Below, in pieces: positions 7,245-15,476 of a DNA stretch of 20,642 bases. Where the stretch lies: IMG/VR virus record IMGVR_UViG_3300022227_000002, positions 84,088 through 104,729 of that record; one strand, written 5' to 3'. Source of the stretch: a virus. The position numbers and the translations under genes were made by a program. The number at the start of each line of letters is the position of its first letter. Position 1 is the stretch's first letter. The notes under the pieces were generated by a model. The model searched no databases. It had not been told where the DNA came from and saw only the letters and a program-made list of their open reading frames with translations.

Positions 7245-9911
7245 TTATTCAAATTCAAACATAGAACTAAATGTATTATCTTGTAGTGTAGATTGGATAT
7301 CCCAGTTTAGTTCTCCTAGTAAGTTTCCTAATTTATTGTCAATTAAAGTAGATTCCATTGCGCCACCATCAAAAGGTAATTCCTTAAACCATTTTGGAAT
7401 ACGTAGTTGATCCGTAGGATATGCAACAGATGTATATTCTAATGGATTCTTTTTAAGTTTACATACAATAACTTTCATACCATCTACTATTTCCATGGAA
7501 TGTTTATCTCCATGCATTCTTTTAAGGTTGTTCCAGTTCATACTTGCTCTAACGTGACCCGGCATATTAGCTTTTCCTTGTCTATTTTCTTTTCTTACAT
7601 ATTCTACAAGATTGTTAACTCTTTTAGGAGATCCTTTTTCCCAACCTGGACGTTGTTTAAAACTAATTCTAAATTCAGTAATTCTTTCTAAAACTTCTTT
7701 TTCTGTTTTTTTAGTTAATACCATTAATAATAATTCACTTAAAAAGTCTTGGACAAACACAGGAGTATCTGATCTTTTTAAATCTAATCCCATTGCTTTT
7801 ACTTTGCCTGGATTGTCATTATCTAATCTAGTGCCTTCTACTTCATAATTTAATACTGCATATCTTTTTTTAGTAATAAAAAGTCCTGTTTCTGCAACAG
7901 ATTCTTTACCTGCTTCAATAACGTCCCCTCTATTTTTAGGACAATGGAATGCTTCTAACATAAAGTCTTTAAAACTAGTATTGACTTCTTCTGCAACTTT
8001 ATCATATAATTTTATAACACTTTCTTTATTCCAAGGTATTTTACCTGTTTCTATTTCTTTTTTTAATATAGGATGTGCAGAAAAATAAGCAGAATCAGTA
8101 TCTCCATATATTATTGCTTTTCCTAAATGGTCATATGCTCCTGTTGTTACTTCATTAATTTTAGCCGCCATATGTTTAGTAATTTGTCTACCTGATAATG
8201 TTGTAGATTGTCCTATTCTTTTATCAAAAAATCTACAACCTGGATTTAATATTGCACCATATAAACTATTCAAGTTAATTTTTTTCACTAATTGTCTTCT
8301 ATCCCAGAATCCTATTTCTGCTTCGTTATTAGCATCTACGGCTTTTTGTTTCATTTCTTGTAAATGTTGTCTTTCAGCATACCATTTTTTTAATAGTCCT
8401 GGTATAACGCCTGTAAAATCACTAGTAAAAATTGTACCATTGGCACTTAACATTAAAGAAGCATTACTATCAAATATCAATTTATAAATTTGTGCTCCAC
8501 TCATTGTTTCGCTTTTGCCGTCTTCCCAGTCCACAGTAATATTAAAATCTTTTCGTTGAGACATTACTGCTTCATATTCCAATGATCCAAACTGACCTTC
8601 CCATGCTGATGCGAATGATTTTTTTTGTAATGACATTTGTTCGTCTATAAAAGCATCAGTAGATTCAGGTTTTAATTGTCCGACAATACATTCAGGAGCC
8701 ATATTCAATGCTCTAATAACAGATGGATATAGTGATTTAATATCCATTGCACCTATCCAATTATGTAATCCTTTTTTAGGAAATGCCACATAAGCACCTG
8801 CCGCCGATTCAGTAGAGTGAGGTTCACGTTTAATTCTATTAGGTACTTGTACTCCTCTTTTGTGTGCTTCGTTAATAATGGCTTGTTCTGTTACTGCAAC
8901 TGCTCCTAATGTTGTTTGTAGTAATACCGTATTTTGATGTGCAAGTTCATTAGTTAAAGTTATAAATTTAAATTTTTTATCTAACTTATCTAGTAATGCA
9001 ACGTCTTGTCTATTGTACTCAATAAATTTTGCAAAGTCATCATTATATAATTGATCTAACGATCCTTCATATATAGTTTTTGTTTCTCCTAGTTCGTGAT
9101 CACCAATTGCATCTAGTCTATATGAATGTCGTTCTTCATATGTGTATTTTCTATAAAGTTCTAAACTATCTAAATGTACTCGTCCGATTAAATCATATGT
9201 TTCTTGTGTTCTTCCAAATCTATCAAATTCTCTTTTTTTAGGTAATTGTTTCCATAAACAAAAACGTCTTGTATCATCTTTACTCAATATTTTAGATATT
9301 CTATTAATTAAATACGGAAGATCATACCCTTCACTATTCCATCCACTTAATACATCTGCTTCTTCTATAATATCTAAAAATGCAGTTAGTAATTGAGATT
9401 CATGTTCATAAATTGTTACGTTTTCAAAATTTTTAACAGATTCTTTTGCTCTAGTCATTGACATATTTTTAGGTTTAAGAGCAAACGTAACAAGAGTATC
9501 TAACCATTTTAAATGTACACTAATTGCAGTTACTGGCATAAAAGGATCACTTGGTAAAGAAAAACCTTTTTCGGGATCAAAGTCTGCTTCTATATCAAAG
9601 AATGCAATTTTTAATTTTGGTGCATCTGAATTAATATAGTTTTCACTTAAACATTGGAAGATTGGATTAACGTCCGATTCGTATAATTTTTTGTTTCTAT
9701 TGATTGCAAGTTCTTTATGGAAATCTTTTGTGTTTTTACATACGATTCTAGTTAACGTCTTACCGTCGACGCTTTTATGTTTACCTCTAGGATCTTCGTA
9801 GTAAAATGTATATTTGATTGGATATTCTCTGAAAATTCTTTTTCCGTTATCTCGTTCTACCACTCTTATGATATCTTGACTTCTATCGAAATAACCATTT
9901 ATGTAACTCAT
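7245..9911 (-). CDS. Family B DNA polymerase (T4 gp43-like)
   Basis: Exonuclease motifs FDIE, GWNSEGYD, YNRQD; polymerase motifs DIKSLYPS, KINLNSLYG, YGDTDS, KKRY. SD AGGAGA at 9916-9921. Confidence 0.97.
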   Translation of the reverse strand: MSYINGYFDRSQDIIRVVERDNGKRIFREYPIKYTFYYEDPRGKHKSVDGKTLTRIVCKNTKDFHKELAINRNKKLYESDVNPIFQCLSENYINSDAPKLKIAFFDIEADFDPEKGFSLPSDPFMPVTAISVHLKWLDTLVTFALKPKNMSMTRAKESVKNFENVTIYEHESQLLTAFLDIIEEADVLSGWNSEGYDLPYLINRISKILSKDDTRRFCLWKQLPKKREFDRFGRTQETYDLIGRVHLDSLELYRKYTYEERHSYRLDAIGDHELGETKTIYEGSLDQLYNDDFAKFIEYNRQDVALLDKLDKKFKFITLTNELAHQNTVLLQTTLGAVAVTEQAIINEAHKRGVQVPNRIKREPHSTESAAGAYVAFPKKGLHNWIGAMDIKSLYPSVIRALNMAPECIVGQLKPESTDAFIDEQMSLQKKSFASAWEGQFGSLEYEAVMSQRKDFNITVDWEDGKSETMSGAQIYKLIFDSNASLMLSANGTIFTSDFTGVIPGLLKKWYAERQHLQEMKQKAVDANNEAEIGFWDRRQLVKKINLNSLYGAILNPGCRFFDKRIGQSTTLSGRQITKHMAAKINEVTTGAYDHLGKAIIYGDTDSAYFSAHPILKKEIETGKIPWNKESVIKLYDKVAEEVNTSFKDFMLEAFHCPKNRGDVIEAGKESVAETGLFITKKRYAVLNYEVEGTRLDNDNPGKVKAMGLDLKRSDTPVFVQDFLSELLLMVLTKKTEKEVLERITEFRISFKQRPGWEKGSPKRVNNLVEYVRKENRQGKANMPGHVRASMNWNNLKRMHGDKHSMEIVDGMKVIVCKLKKNPLEYTSVAYPTDQLRIPKWFKELPFDGGAMESTLIDNKLGNLLGELNWDIQSTLQDNTFSSMFEFE

Positions 9912-9922
9912 TTATTCTCCTA

Positions 9923-9968
9923 ATGTCATTTTTGGCTGACATATTACCAATCGTTGTTTTTGGCCAAC
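9923..9968 (-). promoter_or_regulatory. Two tandem RNA hairpins with an identical GCCAAAAA loop in the polymerase 5' UTR (putative translational operator)
   Basis: Minus strand GTTG-GCCAAAAA-CAAC (9968-9953) and ATGTCA-GCCAAAAA-TGACAT (9942-9923); the second abuts the SD. Confidence 0.7.
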
Positions 9969-9982
9969 TAAACCTTTTCTAT

Positions 9983-10011
9983 ACTATAACAAGTTTATTG
10001 ATCTTTGTCAA
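9983..10011 (-). promoter_or_regulatory. sigma70-type promoter for the DNA polymerase gene
   Basis: TTGACA (10011-10006), 17 nt, TATAGT (9988-9983), with extended -10 TGn. Confidence 0.8.
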
Positions 10012-10102
10012 GAATGCGGTTCATCGCTTCAATAATTTCTTTTATAGTCCAAGTGCCTTTTATTTTCTTTTCTAGTTCTTTTGCCTTAGTTAGTTTGCTC
10101 AT
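9995..10102 (-). CDS. Small basic hypothetical protein (35 aa)
   Basis: Not in the track. MSKLTKAKELEKKIKGTWTIKEIIEAMNRILDKDQ; ATGA overlap with the rplL stop; fills the gap before the polymerase leader. Confidence 0.6.
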   Translation of the reverse strand: MSKLTKAKELEKKIKGTWTIKEIIEAMNRILDKDQ

Positions 10103-10473
10103 TTTAATTGAACTGTACCGCCTGCTTCTTCTAAAATCTTTTTAAGTTTTTCTGCTTCTTCCTTTTCGATATCTTCTTTGATTACTTTAGGTAAATCCTC
10201 AACAAAGTTTTTAGCTTCTAGTAATCCTAGATCTAATATAGGTCTAACTGCTTTAATAATAGGAATTTTTTGCCCATCAGCAAATCCTGTTAACGTAACT
10301 GTTGCAGTATCTTTAACTTCTTCTTGACTTGCCACAGGAACTCCACTTCCACCTGCACCTAATATTTCTTCATAATTAAGTCCCCAGGCCTTTTCTAATT
10401 TTTTAGCAAGTTCTCCTGCTTCAACTACTGTTAATTTTCCTAATTGTTCTACTAAATTATCTATCTCTGCCAT
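10099..10473 (-). CDS. rplL: Phage-encoded 50S ribosomal protein bL12 (L7/L12)
   Basis: N-terminal LTVVEAGELAKKLEKAWG; C-terminal KIPIIKAVR...LGLLEAKNFVEDLP...KEEAEKLKKILEEAGGTVQLK. Confidence 0.95.
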   Translation of the reverse strand: MAEIDNLVEQLGKLTVVEAGELAKKLEKAWGLNYEEILGAGGSGVPVASQEEVKDTATVTLTGFADGQKIPIIKAVRPILDLGLLEAKNFVEDLPKVIKEDIEKEEAEKLKKILEEAGGTVQLK

Positions 10474-10478
10474 ATTAA

Positions 10479-10484
10479 TATTTA
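10479..10484 (-). promoter_or_regulatory. Putative T4-type late promoter (TAAATA), 5 nt before the rplL ATG
   Basis: TAAATA-TTAAT-ATG with no SD; same spacing as at 14981 and 15262. Confidence 0.5.
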
Positions 10485-11534
10485 ATGATTCTCATAACTT
10501 TCATATACCTTATTGAGTTGGTGGTTTACACAAACAAAACTTGCACATTTGGGTATGTCTTTTAATCTTCTTGCCCCAATATATGTACAAGAGGATCTTA
10601 CACCACCTAACATATCTTCTATTGCTTCTTTAACAGGTCCTCTATCTGGTAAAAAAATTCTTTTTCCTTCGTTGCCTCTATATCCATCTTTTCTTTTGCC
10701 GTGTATTTCTCTTGCCCGGTCTGAACTCATTCCATAAAATTCTCTTTTTCCGTCTTTTACTTCAACTTCTGATTCGTTGAATCCTGCTAACATACCACCT
10801 AGCATAACAAAATGTGCTCCACCACCTAATGCTTTTGATACATCACCTGGTTCAATACATCCACCGTCAGCCATAATATGTCCACCAACGCCATTCGCCG
10901 CATCTGCACATTCTACTACTGCTGAAAATTGAGGTACACCAACACCAGCCATTGTTCTTGTTGTACATACTGAACCAGGACCAATGCCAATTTTTACTAT
11001 GTCGGCACCACTAATAATTAATTGTTCAACCATTTCACCAGTAACAACGTTACCTGCAATTATAGTTTTATCTGGAAATTCATCTCTTACTTTTTTAACA
11101 AAGTCTACATAATTTTCATGATATCCATTTGCAACATCTATTGTAATAAATTTAATGTCTGGAAAACTCTTTAATACTTCTTGCATTGTCCAATAATCTT
11201 CAGCATTATCATCCCATAACTTACCTGTACCAGTACATACTGATACATACTTTAATTTAATTCCCCAACCTACTGCTTGTTTCCAGTGTTCTATTGTTGT
11301 TGTCTTTGTAATCGTGGTCATCATTTTATATTCTTGTAAAACTTTTGCCATACTAAATGTACCAACACCATCCATATTAGATGCTACAATTGGACAACAA
11401 GTATATGATTCTTTAGAGTTTTTAAATGTAAATGTTCTAGTCATATCTACTTCTTTTCTAGATGATAACGTAGAACGTTTTGGTTTTAATAAAACATCTG
11501 CATAATCTAAATGTATAGTTTGATCTAGTCTCAT
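10482..11534 (-). CDS. guaC: GMP reductase
   Basis: LDYADVLLKPKRSTLSSR, ASNMDGVG, IDVANGY, GNVVT, KIGIGPGSVCTTR, ADGGC, FYGMSS. Confidence 0.95.
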   Translation of the reverse strand: MRLDQTIHLDYADVLLKPKRSTLSSRKEVDMTRTFTFKNSKESYTCCPIVASNMDGVGTFSMAKVLQEYKMMTTITKTTTIEHWKQAVGWGIKLKYVSVCTGTGKLWDDNAEDYWTMQEVLKSFPDIKFITIDVANGYHENYVDFVKKVRDEFPDKTIIAGNVVTGEMVEQLIISGADIVKIGIGPGSVCTTRTMAGVGVPQFSAVVECADAANGVGGHIMADGGCIEPGDVSKALGGGAHFVMLGGMLAGFNESEVEVKDGKREFYGMSSDRAREIHGKRKDGYRGNEGKRIFLPDRGPVKEAIEDMLGGVRSSCTYIGARRLKDIPKCASFVCVNHQLNKVYESYENH

Positions 11535-12328
11535 AAATTCTCCATGTCATAATAAAAATGTTGTGTTCCTTTTCTAGGAACTTCTACTACTTGTTCTAAA
11601 GGAAGAAAAACGCCAGAAGGACTTGCTGTTTCTCCGTCATAATTTTTACCATCTATATGAATACAATTATCTACTGTTAAAATTGGTATGTTAGATGCAT
11701 ATGCCATAAATGATAAACACCCTGTATGATATTTGTCGTGAACAATTCTTGCTGGCTCGCCTTTATCTTTTGCACCATTTGAAGAATGGATTATTAATTT
11801 TGTTTTTTCATCTACTGCTACTTTTACAAGATTAGGTTTACCGCTCCAATAACCACCCCAAAGATCATTACATAACATACCAGTAACTTTTATAGTTTTA
11901 CCGAAATCCTCATCATCTATTGGAAGATGAATTACTCCTGTATCTTCTCCAGCAACACATCCTTCGTCATATGAAACAATATAACGTTTATTAACTGCTC
12001 CTAAGAAATTTCCTTTTGGATCATAGTAACGTTGTTGATTTCTTACATCAGCCTTTTCTAATTCTTTATTCTCAACCCATAGAGTTCCTAATATAAGACC
12101 TATATGTTTATCACTAGCATATTTTCTTATAACATCTAATGCTTTAGAAACTTTAAAAAAATTAGTATCTACATTAATAGCATCTACATCATAACCTGAC
12201 AAAGAAGCTTCGGGTGTTACTAGATAATTACAATTATTCTGTTCAGCCCAATCAATACTATTTTTAATAGTTTCAACATTGCTGTCTAGGTTTTGAGTTA
12301 CTGGAATTTGAGCTCCTGCGATTCTCAT
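11531..12328 (-). CDS. Carbon-nitrogen hydrolase (nitrilase superfamily)
   Basis: Glu-Lys-Cys triad in VTPEASLSGY, NKRY and MLCNDLW. ATGA overlap with guaC. Confidence 0.88.
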   Translation of the reverse strand: MRIAGAQIPVTQNLDSNVETIKNSIDWAEQNNCNYLVTPEASLSGYDVDAINVDTNFFKVSKALDVIRKYASDKHIGLILGTLWVENKELEKADVRNQQRYYDPKGNFLGAVNKRYIVSYDEGCVAGEDTGVIHLPIDDEDFGKTIKVTGMLCNDLWGGYWSGKPNLVKVAVDEKTKLIIHSSNGAKDKGEPARIVHDKYHTGCLSFMAYASNIPILTVDNCIHIDGKNYDGETASPSGVFLPLEQVVEVPRKGTQHFYYDMENL

Positions 12329-12356
12329 TTTTATTTTTTAAATTTAGCCGCTTCCA

Positions 12357-12851
12357 TTATAACCAGCCTTTAAATCCAGCATTTGGATTTTTATAAATTG
12401 AACTATTTTTCTCATTTTCTCTTGCTTCTACACTAATGACCCAAGCTCGACCTCTAGATTTTTCTCGTAAAAGTTTATCAACCCAATCACAAAGATAATG
12501 TGCTGTACCTTCCATACCAGGTCCCATTGGATGAGTTCTAATTCTGCATACACCTGCTTGTTCTAATTTTCTAAAAGTATCCATGTGAGGATCATCTTCG
12601 TCAAGTACTAAAGTATGATCATACATATGATCCAAATGTGCTTTTACATCTTTTAAATCACCATAGTCTACTACAAAGCCTTCTTTTGTAAAATTTTTAC
12701 AAGCAAATACAAAATGAAAACTTCTGCTGTATCCGTGAATTACATGACAGTTGCCATCGTGTCTATATTGTCTATGAGCACAAGGAAAGTTAAAAAAACT
12801 TTTTGTGGAAGTAAATTGTTCTTCTGTTACGTTATCATAATCTTCAGCCAT
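12357..12851 (-). CDS. queD: 6-carboxytetrahydropterin synthase / PTPS family
   Basis: CAHRQ, CHVIHGY (HGY variant of CxxxHGH), VVDYGDLK, YDHT, EARENEKN. Confidence 0.85.
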   Translation of the reverse strand: MAEDYDNVTEEQFTSTKSFFNFPCAHRQYRHDGNCHVIHGYSRSFHFVFACKNFTKEGFVVDYGDLKDVKAHLDHMYDHTLVLDEDDPHMDTFRKLEQAGVCRIRTHPMGPGMEGTAHYLCDWVDKLLREKSRGRAWVISVEARENEKNSSIYKNPNAGFKGWL

Positions 12852-13141
12852 TAAAAAAAATCCTTTTCGTTTATTGCTTTATCGTCAACCCATTTATCAT
12901 AAACCGGTTTATCTACGTTAATTGATGTAAATTTACAACCCCATTCATTAAGTTGAGCTACTGTATATAGATACCAGTCTTTTCCAGACATTCCTCCTCT
13001 GGAAGTCCAATAATGAATTTCATGACCTTTATCATATAATTCATTAACCTGTTTTATTTTTTCTAAATCAGGTTTACTATTATCATAGTCGCTACCTTCA
13101 GTATAACAAATGGTTCCGTCTATGTCAATGTAATATATCAT
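12851..13141 (-). CDS. Small capless HAD-superfamily phosphatase
   Basis: DIDGTI (motif I), WTSRG (II), KP (III), VDDK (IV). Confidence 0.85.
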   Translation of the reverse strand: MIYYIDIDGTICYTEGSDYDNSKPDLEKIKQVNELYDKGHEIHYWTSRGGMSGKDWYLYTVAQLNEWGCKFTSINVDKPVYDKWVDDKAINEKDFF

Positions 13142-13142
13142 A

Positions 13143-13382
13143 TTAAGTTAACCAGTTTGTCCAAATTAATCCTGCCGCGGCAACTGTTACCAAAGTAATG
13201 TTAGTTACTATTAATGCAGGTTCTTTCCAAATTATACTTACTGCTAACCAAAGGACTCCTCCTAAAGCTAAAATAATTGGACCTTGTGGGTAATATCCTA
13301 ATGAATTAATCGCAGTTCCAATAATTAAAGTCGCAGTGGCTAACCATTTAAGGTACCAGGTTATTTCACTTATCTTTGCCAA
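13143..13382 (-). CDS. Small three-helix membrane protein (DUF6552 / PnuC-SemiSWEET-like)
   Basis: 79 aa, three hydrophobic segments, KW...YP...W...N pattern. The TTG start is uncertain. Confidence 0.65.
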   Translation of the reverse strand: MAKISEITWYLKWLATATLIIGTAINSLGYYPQGPIILALGGVLWLAVSIIWKEPALIVTNITLVTVAAAGLIWTNWLT

Positions 13383-13626
13383 CTGCTACTATCAAGTTTT
13401 CTAAGCTATCAAAAGCTTCTGAATACTTGCTCCAATCACCTTTATGTGCAATTTTGATTGCCTTATTAATTAGGGCAGGTTTGATTTCTAATTCTTCGGC
13501 TACTGCTTTTACGGTGTCTTTTAATCCTGCACTTAAATCTTCTACTTCTGAAAGAACGTTTGCTCCTTCATCTACTATTCTTTTTAACTTGGCTTGTTCT
13601 TCTGGACCATAAGTTCTTTCACTCAT
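13366..13626 (-). CDS. T4 DsbA-like dsDNA-binding protein / transcriptional regulator
   Basis: Start re-called to ATG at 13626 after SD GAGGAG. Helical pattern LKDTVKAVAEELEIKPALINKAIKIAHK is typical of the DsbA/GapR-like family. Confidence 0.7.
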   Translation of the reverse strand: MSERTYGPEEQAKLKRIVDEGANVLSEVEDLSAGLKDTVKAVAEELEIKPALINKAIKIAHKGDWSKYSEAFDSLENLIVAVGKDK

Positions 13627-13650
13627 AATTCTCCTCAATAAATTTAACTT

Positions 13651-13679
13651 ATTTTACTTAATATTAATAGAAAAGTCAA
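13651..13679 (-). promoter_or_regulatory. sigma70-type promoter heading the DsbA-queD-guaC operon
   Basis: TTGACT (13679-13674), 17 nt, TAAAAT (13656-13651). Confidence 0.7.
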
Positions 13680-13692
13680 GAATTCTTTTTGA

Positions 13693-14400
13693 TTATTCTT
13701 TAGTAGGATTTGGTTTATCAATTTTTGGTTTAAGTTCTTTTATTTCGTATGCCCAAGTATCTCCATCGCCATAATTGGCTGACCATTTTGGATTATCTTC
13801 AACACTATATTCTCTTGTGCTACATTTAAAATCTCCCATTTTAGTTTCATGAGATACTAAACTTTGCTCAAACCATCTCATTCTGTTGTTAGGTTGTGCG
13901 GCATATTGTCCGTTATCTAATTTCATTACATTAAATGATTTGTGTTCATCAGGTGTTTCAGCAAAAGTAGTATTAAGTTCATTGTCATTACTGTGACAAC
14001 TATCTATTGTAAACATATATTCGCCACTATGCATTTTTTTATCTTTACCAAAAAATGCACAACGAAGTCCTGATAATGTTGCTTTTTCTAAAACTGTAAT
14101 GTAATATGAAAAGGAATCCCAAATTTCTAAATGATCTAAAGGTAAAAATTTACTTGTATCTGCATCTGTTTTCCAAACGTATGCACTCAGAGGTAGTTTA
14201 TCGTATAATGCACCATATTCTGGAAGTAAGGATTCTATATATAATGCTTTACCTGATATACTTTTTACAGTAACCCAAATAGCAGGAGTATATTTGCCTT
14301 GACCTAATAATTTCCCGTTATCATCTTTTTGCAGGTCATAGAGATATTCCATTCTAACATAACAGTCTACTGGCGGTAAGTTTGCTATTAAATAAGCCAT
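13693..14400 (-). CDS. Phage hypothetical protein (235 aa)
   Basis: Strong SD GAGGAGGT. Globular, aromatic-rich sequence (VRMEYLYD, YDKLPLSA, EHKSFN, QPNNR). Function not recognised. Confidence 0.85.
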   Translation of the reverse strand: MAYLIANLPPVDCYVRMEYLYDLQKDDNGKLLGQGKYTPAIWVTVKSISGKALYIESLLPEYGALYDKLPLSAYVWKTDADTSKFLPLDHLEIWDSFSYYITVLEKATLSGLRCAFFGKDKKMHSGEYMFTIDSCHSNDNELNTTFAETPDEHKSFNVMKLDNGQYAAQPNNRMRWFEQSLVSHETKMGDFKCSTREYSVEDNPKWSANYGDGDTWAYEIKELKPKIDKPNPTKE

Positions 14401-14447
14401 ACCTTGGTACCTCCTCTAATAATTTTTCCATAACGTAATTATAAGAG

Positions 14448-14454
14448 TATTTAT
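14448..14454 (-). promoter_or_regulatory. Putative T4-type late promoter (ATAAATA)
   Basis: Intergenic near-match to TATAAATA upstream of the 235-aa gene; weak given the AT-rich background. Confidence 0.4.
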
Positions 14455-14474
14455 TGTATTTTAAGGAATTGACT

Positions 14475-14975
14475 TTATTTTGATAACTTATTTTGAAGTT
14501 TTGTAGAAAGGTTTTCTTTGTAAGAATCTTGTGTATTAGTTGTTTCTTTTTTGTCTAAATAGTCATGTAAAAACGCATCAACATCTTCTATTGTTTTAAA
14601 CGTTCCTAAATGTTTTTCACCTTGCCATACTTGGAAGTCACCATCTTTACTTTTTGTAGTGTATATTCCATATTTGTTCATATCAGGCATAGGATTAGTT
14701 TCGCCAACATAATTTATTGAATTGTTAAATTTTTCTTTGTAATCAAAGTGATTGAATACAGTAGTTAAGTAATCAGAAGCTTTAGTAATTTTTGCTTGTA
14801 TCCAGCCTTCTAGTCCTTCTGATTCACTAACACTTTTCATCATGTCATGAAGTTTAATTGAATACTTTGCGGCTTTGTATAAATCACCTCGTGCCATTTG
14901 CACTTCGTGATCCTTTTCAGCTTTTTGAGCCTCATCCGCTAAATTTTCTTTAACTTTAATTTCTTTGTGCTTCAT
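14475..14975 (-). CDS. Hypothetical protein, probable internal head protein
   Basis: N-terminus MKHKEIKVKE; helical module DHEVQMARGDLYKAAKY...LEGWIQAKITKASDYL; directly follows TATAAATA. Confidence 0.75.
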   Translation of the reverse strand: MKHKEIKVKENLADEAQKAEKDHEVQMARGDLYKAAKYSIKLHDMMKSVSESEGLEGWIQAKITKASDYLTTVFNHFDYKEKFNNSINYVGETNPMPDMNKYGIYTTKSKDGDFQVWQGEKHLGTFKTIEDVDAFLHDYLDKKETTNTQDSYKENLSTKLQNKLSK

Positions 14976-14980
14976 AGTAG

Positions 14981-14988
14981 TATTTATA
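14981..14988 (-). promoter_or_regulatory. T4-type late promoter TATAAATA, leaderless geometry
   Basis: Exact TATAAATA followed by CTACT-ATG; no SD. Confidence 0.7.
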
Positions 14989-15256
14989 CTCGTTTAATAG
15001 GTTGCCCAAATAAACTTACGTTAGGCATCTCATGGGCACCTTTAACTCTGCCATCTGGATGTTTAGGTGTAGCTACTTTAGGTATTTTAGGAGCTTTCCA
15101 ACCTGACTTTCCTGGATACCCTGTATAAGACTTTTTAAATCTATCAGGACCAATTGCAACTTGTGGATTATTTACAGTAGCAATGTTACCAGCCGAAGTT
15201 GCTCCTGCTGTTGCATATTCATCTACTCTAGTACTTAAAATTTCTCTAATCTTCAT
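14984..15256 (-). CDS. Small basic hypothetical protein, probable internal head protein
   Basis: N-terminus MKIREILSTRVDE followed by YATAGATSAGNIATV. Confidence 0.75.
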   Translation of the reverse strand: MKIREILSTRVDEYATAGATSAGNIATVNNPQVAIGPDRFKKSYTGYPGKSGWKAPKIPKVATPKHPDGRVKGAHEMPNVSLFGQPIKRV

Positions 15257-15260
15257 AATA

Positions 15261-15443
15261 CTATTTATTTTTGCCTTTATAGATTTGTTTGGCTCTTTTA
15301 CTAATGCTATATTTGGCGTGAGGAACTTTTAAATTCTTTTTACCGTAAACGTTACCAATTACGTGTGGGTAGGTTACGGTCTTGGCATTAGGGTCAATGC
15401 CATAATGATGATCGTGTCTTCTTTTGATTTCGTTGATTTTCAT
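15261..15443 (-). CDS. Small basic hypothetical protein (60 aa)
   Basis: N-terminus MKINEIK shares the motif of its neighbours. Confidence 0.65.
   Translation of the reverse strand: MKINEIKRRHDHHYGIDPNAKTVTYPHVIGNVYGKKNLKVPHAKYSISKRAKQIYKGKNK
15262..15268 (-). promoter_or_regulatory. Putative late promoter ATAAATA, leaderless geometry
   Basis: ATAAATA-GTATT-ATG; no SD. Confidence 0.6.
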
Positions 15444-15476
15444 TGTGAAATGAAAAGATAAACCTAGGGGGAACTA

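Noticed and set aside
7245-9911. Intein, intron or split in the DNA polymerase
   Set aside because: 888 aa with normally spaced motifs and no splice-junction or homing-endonuclease signature.
4446-12851. A complete canonical queuosine/preQ0 pathway
   Set aside because: No folE, queC, queF or CxxxCxxC-containing queE is visible in this window. They may lie elsewhere or be supplied by the host.
10099-12851. Cellular (bacterial chromosome) origin suggested by rplL, guaC and queD
   Set aside because: rplL lacks its rplJ/rpoB context and is flanked by a gp43-like polymerase, DexA-like and DsbA-like genes and T4-type late promoters.
15444-15476. Possible intrinsic terminator or small RNA in the intergenic gap
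   Set aside because: No convincing GC-rich stem followed by a U-tract could be built.
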